Shown piece after piece: positions 58,537 to 64,000 of a stretch of DNA of 64,000 nucleotides; positions within the stretch are counted from its first letter, which is position 1; every line of letters starts with the position of its first letter. Source of the stretch: the human T2T-CHM13v2.0 reference genome, Homo sapiens; assembly GCF_009914755.1 (NCBI RefSeq), contig NC_060934.1. One strand, written 5' to 3'. Below the pieces are notes generated by a model, which was not told where the DNA came from, searched no databases, and saw only the letters and a program-made list of their open reading frames with translations. The position numbers and the translations under genes were made by a program.

Positions 58537-59046
58537 TGTAAGACCTAGAGTTTCAAGTGCTGCCTTAACCTCTTATAAGCCTCACAGCCCCCTCAGAGGC
58601 CTAATTATCAATTCCCCTCTTCTTGCAATATATGTACCCCTAACCAGTGGGAAAAGTTCTCCACCTGGCTAGTTTCTCTGTAAGTTAGACCAGCTGTACT
58701 CTACATGTTTCTCAACTTAGGCTCTATCTTCATGCCAGACTGTGGAATTATTCAAACAAGGCAATTACACCCTCCCGCAGGAACCAGAGAACATCCAACC
58801 TTGTTCCTATGAATACTGCCTCCCACAGTCCCTGCTTGTTCACTTTGCTCCTGAGTGCAACCACTGTGTGGCCCTGAAGGGTGTGTGGTGTCCTCCTACC
58901 CCAGACTGTGAATATACGTGACTCGTATATTCCTGTCAATCTTCTTTGTCCAGTGCTGAGTGTTGTGTATTCTGTATCTCATACTATTTATGGTGGAAAG
59001 GGGATCTGTCTCTTAACAATGGGGTGAATAGGAGGCAATCAGAACA
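58537..59046 (+). mobile_element. Solo LTR, probably ERVL class (family not assigned)
   Basis: TG...CA-bounded ~510-bp GC-richer block interrupting L1 text. Confidence 0.55.
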
Positions 59047-60096
59047 AATACACGTTTCCTTCCTCTATTAGCTGAAAGGACTTAGAAACAATGATGTCTT
59101 GGTAGCAAATAGCACAGCAAACACATAGATTTTGGTTTCTAATACTCCTCCAATAAGAGGAACTAGGATTTTTTTGAGAAGTGACTGATTCTAGGTCTGG
59201 GGCAAAAAATATACTTGATGAGCCTAGAGCATCTTTTGTTCAGAAAGTAAGGAAGTGCTTTAAAACTCCACAATGATAGGGCTCTGTCAAAGGATGTAGG
59301 AATCATCTATAAGGGCTCCCAGTGGTCAAAACTGAAAAAATTTGAGCAACAAAATAAATATAGTAGTATTGGATTATAGATGCAAAGTCTAAAATAAATA
59401 TCTCTGAGTAAATATTAATATAAATAACCGGTTGATCAAATGAATGAATAAGAAGTAAGTAAATAGGATGAACTAGCCAAATTTTCTGTCTCCTGTGCAA
59501 AGGAATTCCAAATCATTTATGTAGATACTCAGCCCTCTCAGAAATGGTAAATAACTGCCCTTGACTGTGGGCTGCCTATAGTGACATCCCTTCAAAAATA
59601 CACTATGAACAAGGGGAAAAAAGAGTGACTTTATGGTGGAGAAATCTGGAAAATAATGGACTCAGGTGACGGGATAATATCAATAGTAATAAGGCATGTC
59701 CATAGTATGTAGTGAGAATATCACTGTACTCTTCCTCACCACTAAAATCTAACCCCAGAATGGAGCTTTACTTCTGTGGCCTTTCTTTAAAAAATTTATA
59801 ATCTCAGTGTCATTGTGATAAAACCATAATGCAAACCCAAATTGAGGGACTTTCTGCAAAACATCTGAGCAGTATGCCTCAAATGTCAAAGGTAAGCAGA
59901 CAAAAGGAAAGACAGAAACTGTGATATCCTTGAGGGGCCTATAGGGATGTGATGATTAAATATACTGTGTATGCTGAATAAAATCCTGGGGGGGGAAAAG
60001 ACGTGGTAAAAACTAAGAAAATTTAAATAAGGCGTGGTCATTGGTTAACAATAATGTATTCATATTGGTGAATTAGTTGTGTCAAATGGACCGTAT

Positions 60097-60472
60097 CGTA
60101 TTAGTCCATTCTCATGCTTCTAATAAAGACATACCTGTGACTGGGTAATTTATAAAGGAAAGAGGTTTAATTGACTCCTGGTTCAGCATGGCTGGGGAGG
60201 CTTCAGGAAACTTACAATCATGTTGGAAAGGGAAGCAAACACGTCCTTCTTTACATGGCGGTAGCAAGGAGAAGTGCCGAGCAAAAGGGGGAAAAGCCCC
60301 TTATAAAACCATCAGATCTCAAGGGAACTCACTCACTATCAGAAGAACAGCATGAGGGTAAGCACCCCCATGAATAAACTATCTCCTGCTGGGTCCCTCT
60401 CCTGACACAAGGGGATTATGGGAACTACAATTCAAGATGAGATTTGGGTGGGAACACAGCCAAACCACATCA
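60097..60472 (-). mobile_element. THE1 (B/C-like) solo LTR
   Basis: 'gtattagtccattctcatgc...gggtaatttataaaggaaagaggtttaattgactc...cagccaaaccacatca'. Confidence 0.93.
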
Positions 60473-62449
60473 CATACTAACGTAAGGTGTTAACAATAGG
60501 GGAAACTGGGTGTGGAAGCTCTATACAGTCTTTGCAACTTTTTTTGACATCTGAAACAATTCTAAAATAAAACGTTCATTTTAATTCCTGGTTTTGATAT
60601 TGTACTGCAGCTATATAAAGTTGTCATTACTAAGAGAAGCTGGGTAAAGGAAAGGACTCGTGACACTATGTACTTTTTTTGCAAGACTGAGTCTATAATT
60701 ATTGTGGAATAAAAAGCTGACAATATTGTGTCTAAAAAATGTAGCCTTATTTTTCTAGAACAGTCTGTTAGGTGAACCCCTGAGTAATTGCCCGTATTTG
60801 ATCATTAACCTATAGAAAAGGCAGTTTGACATTCATCACATAATGGAACAACTTTTGAACAATGGAAGGAATCTGGAATTCGTAAGTTTGGAGCCCCTCC
60901 TCCTTTGCTTAATACTGCATTTAAATTGTGGAAACTTACATAGGCTATGACATCAGGAAAGAAGCCTTTTCTTCTGGTCACTTTCTTCCTATGCCGTCCT
61001 GCCTGAGCTGGATTTTACCTGGAAAGGTCTTAGGCTTGCAGTCTATTCACTTGGGGCATGGCTCAGTCACTTTTAATCTTGATTGTCAGTTCACTTGGTT
61101 TTGAATTCCTCTCTGTTTACTCCATTGCACTGCTCAAAGAACTCTGTAGCATTCTTTTGATCTGATACTATGGTGGCCTCAGGAAAAGTGGTGATCTTTC
61201 TGTGGCCCTACATGCTGTGAAGGTACACAGAGAGATTTCTGCTTATCTTGTACCAAAACATAGAGTGGGTAAGTTTGCAGTTTGTCTCAACTGCTGTATG
61301 ACTAGCCCCAATTGGGTCCTTGCTTTCTCCCAGAACCTCTGGGAAATGGAGCATAACATCAACCTGAAATTTCTGGAAATGCCCAAAGGAAGGAAGACTT
61401 ACAATGTCTACTCAATCTTTGTGTCTCTTCAATCTTTCCTCCTCCTCACACCATTCTGGAGACACTTTATCTAAATATTTAATAATCTTACCTTTGATTT
61501 ATAGAGTTTTTTTTTTATGAATCCTCTCAGAGCCTAAGCTTTTGAAAATCACAATCTATTTCTTTGTTACTGTTAATTTACTTTCCTAAAGCAATAGCTA
61601 CCTCATAGTTTATTTGCTGGAATGCAGTTGGATGGGGGCCAGGGGCAAAGAGTAACTAGAAATAGCAACGGACCCCATCATTCAGTGTTTCAAAATTGGA
61701 CTGTGCTATATTTCTTCTTCTAGCAAATATTGACATGGCTACAAGAAAGACTTGCTGCTATTCCAGATCTGTATTCTCTTTCTGGCTCCCCAGGCTCTCA
61801 CCTCTGAAGCATACAACTCCATTTCTAGCTCTTCTCTGGGGGCTCAGTAAGTTTATTCTCATAATAAAACACTACAAAAAAAACCTGCACTTGTCCTTTC
61901 TTCCTAAAATCTGACAACTTCTTTTGGTGGGCGGGGGTAGCGTGGGAACCTTAATAAATATTTCAAAAGCATTCTTCTTTGGGAGTGTTCTTAGCTAGTC
62001 TGTGGTGGAGGAGGCCCATCTTTCTGCCTGTGTAACATTAAAACAAAAATGAGTAAATTCTAGTCTCTTCCTTCTGTTATTTGGCCTTGATGAATTACTT
62101 TTCTTGATGATCCAGCAAATATGGAATATTGATTCAGGTCATAAAGAAGTTGCTTCTAAGGCTTTCAAACCCACGAATTTTATCACATTTATCAGTCTGA
62201 ATGTTTCATAAATTTTGTTTAAAACTGACTAGAGACATTAATATTTCATTCAAATGGTTTTTTCAGAACACAAAATGCATTATTATTTTCTCTTCTAGAT
62301 TTACTACTTTTATCAACAGATTTCAATACTTAAAAAATTATTAGTTAAATTTTCACAGCATTGTGGAAATGTATGAATATTTATAATATGGGTAAAATTA
62401 CTGTGTCTCAATATTTGTAGAGAAAATGCCTATGATACCCATGACAATG

Positions 62450-63480
62450 GTGAAATATTCCATCTGTGTATGATGCTGGTTAGATGACAGTGATTTTCCT
62501 AGTTGCGGTCCTTTGTCTTACTTTCCCCAGGCACTTCTTTGTTAGTTTAAGTTTATGTTCTTATAGTTGCTTCAAATTGGACTCACAGTAATGATACTCA
62601 CTGAGTTCTTAAGTGTTCAAAAAATAGATATAGCATTTATACTTGGAAAACAACTTGGCTGTCTATAAAATACTTGGACCAACTTTATTTCCTTGAGAAT
62701 CTTGAAGGTGTTACACCACCATCTCTTAGAATTCAATGAAAAATGAAATTTGTGGTCAACATGATCTTTTCTCCTAGTTGCCTAAATTATTATTACTTTA
62801 TTTCTGAAAGTTTGCATATTTATTATGATACATCCAGGGCAAATTATTCTGCATCAGTTTTCCTACCACATGGTATGCTCTTTAAGTATATAGATGTAAG
62901 GCTTCTTTTAATATATTTAAAAATATTGGTTCTCCTCTACTGTTTTGGCTTTCTTCTTAGGGACAAAGTATCTTCTGTGTGCCAGTTCCCCTGTGCCTAT
63001 CTTTTATATCTATCCCCATCTCCCCAGCAGTTTTAAACTCTTTTTCATATCATTTTGCATACTTTTTTTTATAGGTTTCATGTTGTATTTTCCACAGTGT
63101 GTGTTTTCCCTTGCATTCATTGTGATTTTTTTTTTTCCTTCTTTCTGGAATGGTTTCATTTTTACTGTTTTCCTAAGTTTTGACAGTTTATCTTTTATCT
63201 TCTCCAGATAACCCATTATTTCTGCCCTGAATTTTAGCTCTTCCAACTTTCCTTCCTAAAGGCAATTGTCTTCTAAAATTTTTTGTATATTCTTGGGAAA
63301 ATATTTAGATCTAATTATGTCTTCTATATGGCATACTTTTAAAATAAAAAGTCTGTTGTTATAAAGCTTTAAAACTATTTTGTTCATTTTTATTCACATA
63401 TTGTGTTTATATTGATGCTGTTGCTGTTTCTGTTTTATCACTGGCCACTGAAGAAATTGAATTTCCTGAGCTTGCCATTT
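62450..63480 (-). mobile_element. Very old L1M ORF1-region fragment
   Basis: T-rich antisense text 'caacttggctgtctataaaatacttggac'. Confidence 0.5.
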
Positions 63481-64000
63481 CTGTAAATGGTGGTTAGGGA
63501 GGAAAGCCTCATGGCCAGGTTGATCTTCCAAAAAGCTGGCATTCAACCCAAGCACCAAGTACACTTCCTCTTCCCTTGACTAAGTGAGGTACAGGGGGAC
63601 CACTGGCACCAAATCTGCTAGCTACAGTGCCAACACTGAAATAGCCCACGACATCAGAAGAATGCAATACTGGTGCTCAGATTTGCCTTTACTTTGATGA
63701 TACTTTTTCACTCTCTGTACTTCTTGTCCTCACTTGCTCTCAAGAGGATCCCCCAATCTAGTTACTTTTGGCAGGCTTTATGTGTATTGCAAAATCTGTC
63801 GTTTTTATCTGTCTCCTAGTTTCACCATAAATGGTTTTCCAGGGTTTTCATTCTACATTCTGCTTTTGGATGATTTCTAGGCAGAGAATGAGAAATGCTG
63901 ACTCATCCAGCTATGCTCCTACCATAAGTTCCAACATTGCTAATTTTAGATAGGAAAAGTTTGAATACACAGATAAAAACATATATATATAATGAAAATT

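Larger units (their letters stand above)
58250..60570 (+). mobile_element. L1MC/L1MD-type 3' region, interrupted by two LTRs
   Basis: 'agattttggtttctaatac', 'gatgagcctagagcatctt', 'taacaataggggaaactgggtgtgg'. Confidence 0.75.

Noticed and set aside
60700-62150. Unique-looking region with ORFs 61202-61474 and 61696-61914
   Set aside because: Non-ATG starts, no recognisable domains and no convincing exon structure; cannot be supported from sequence alone.

Overview
This is AT-rich primate (human-like) genomic DNA, intergenic or deep intronic, and it is dominated by nested transposable elements. I recognise no intact host protein-coding gene. Nearly all ORFs in the track are chance ORFs, or Alu-, L1- or microsatellite-derived. 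The only protein-like ORFs belong to an internally deleted HERV-L provirus (49234-52969, two MLT2A LTRs, CTATA target-site duplication) and to decayed L1 ORF1/ORF2. Other elements: 14 Alus plus 1 FLAM, many old L1M/L2/MIR fragments, a MER4-group ERV1 remnant, solo LTRs (LTR10-like, MST/THE1, MLT1), Tigger/hAT MITEs and a MER85 piggyBac MITE. I found no evidence of a new gene system. The most unusual signals are mutational scars. (1) A 45-bp hairpin insertion in the HERV-L integrase region, copied from the provirus's own LTR. (2) A ~1.5-kb polyadenylated L1-plus-unique-sequence insert (3' transduction or retrocopy) inside the MER4 ERV. (3) An 81-bp near-identical local duplication of an old L1 piece, 5 kb from its apparent donor. 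(4) A ~250-bp old duplicate pair in which one copy is strongly GC/CpG-enriched, located where Alu orientation flips. (5) A triple p53 half-site in the LTR10-like LTR. Subfamily names come from my recall of consensus sequences, not from a database search, and boundaries of old elements are approximate.
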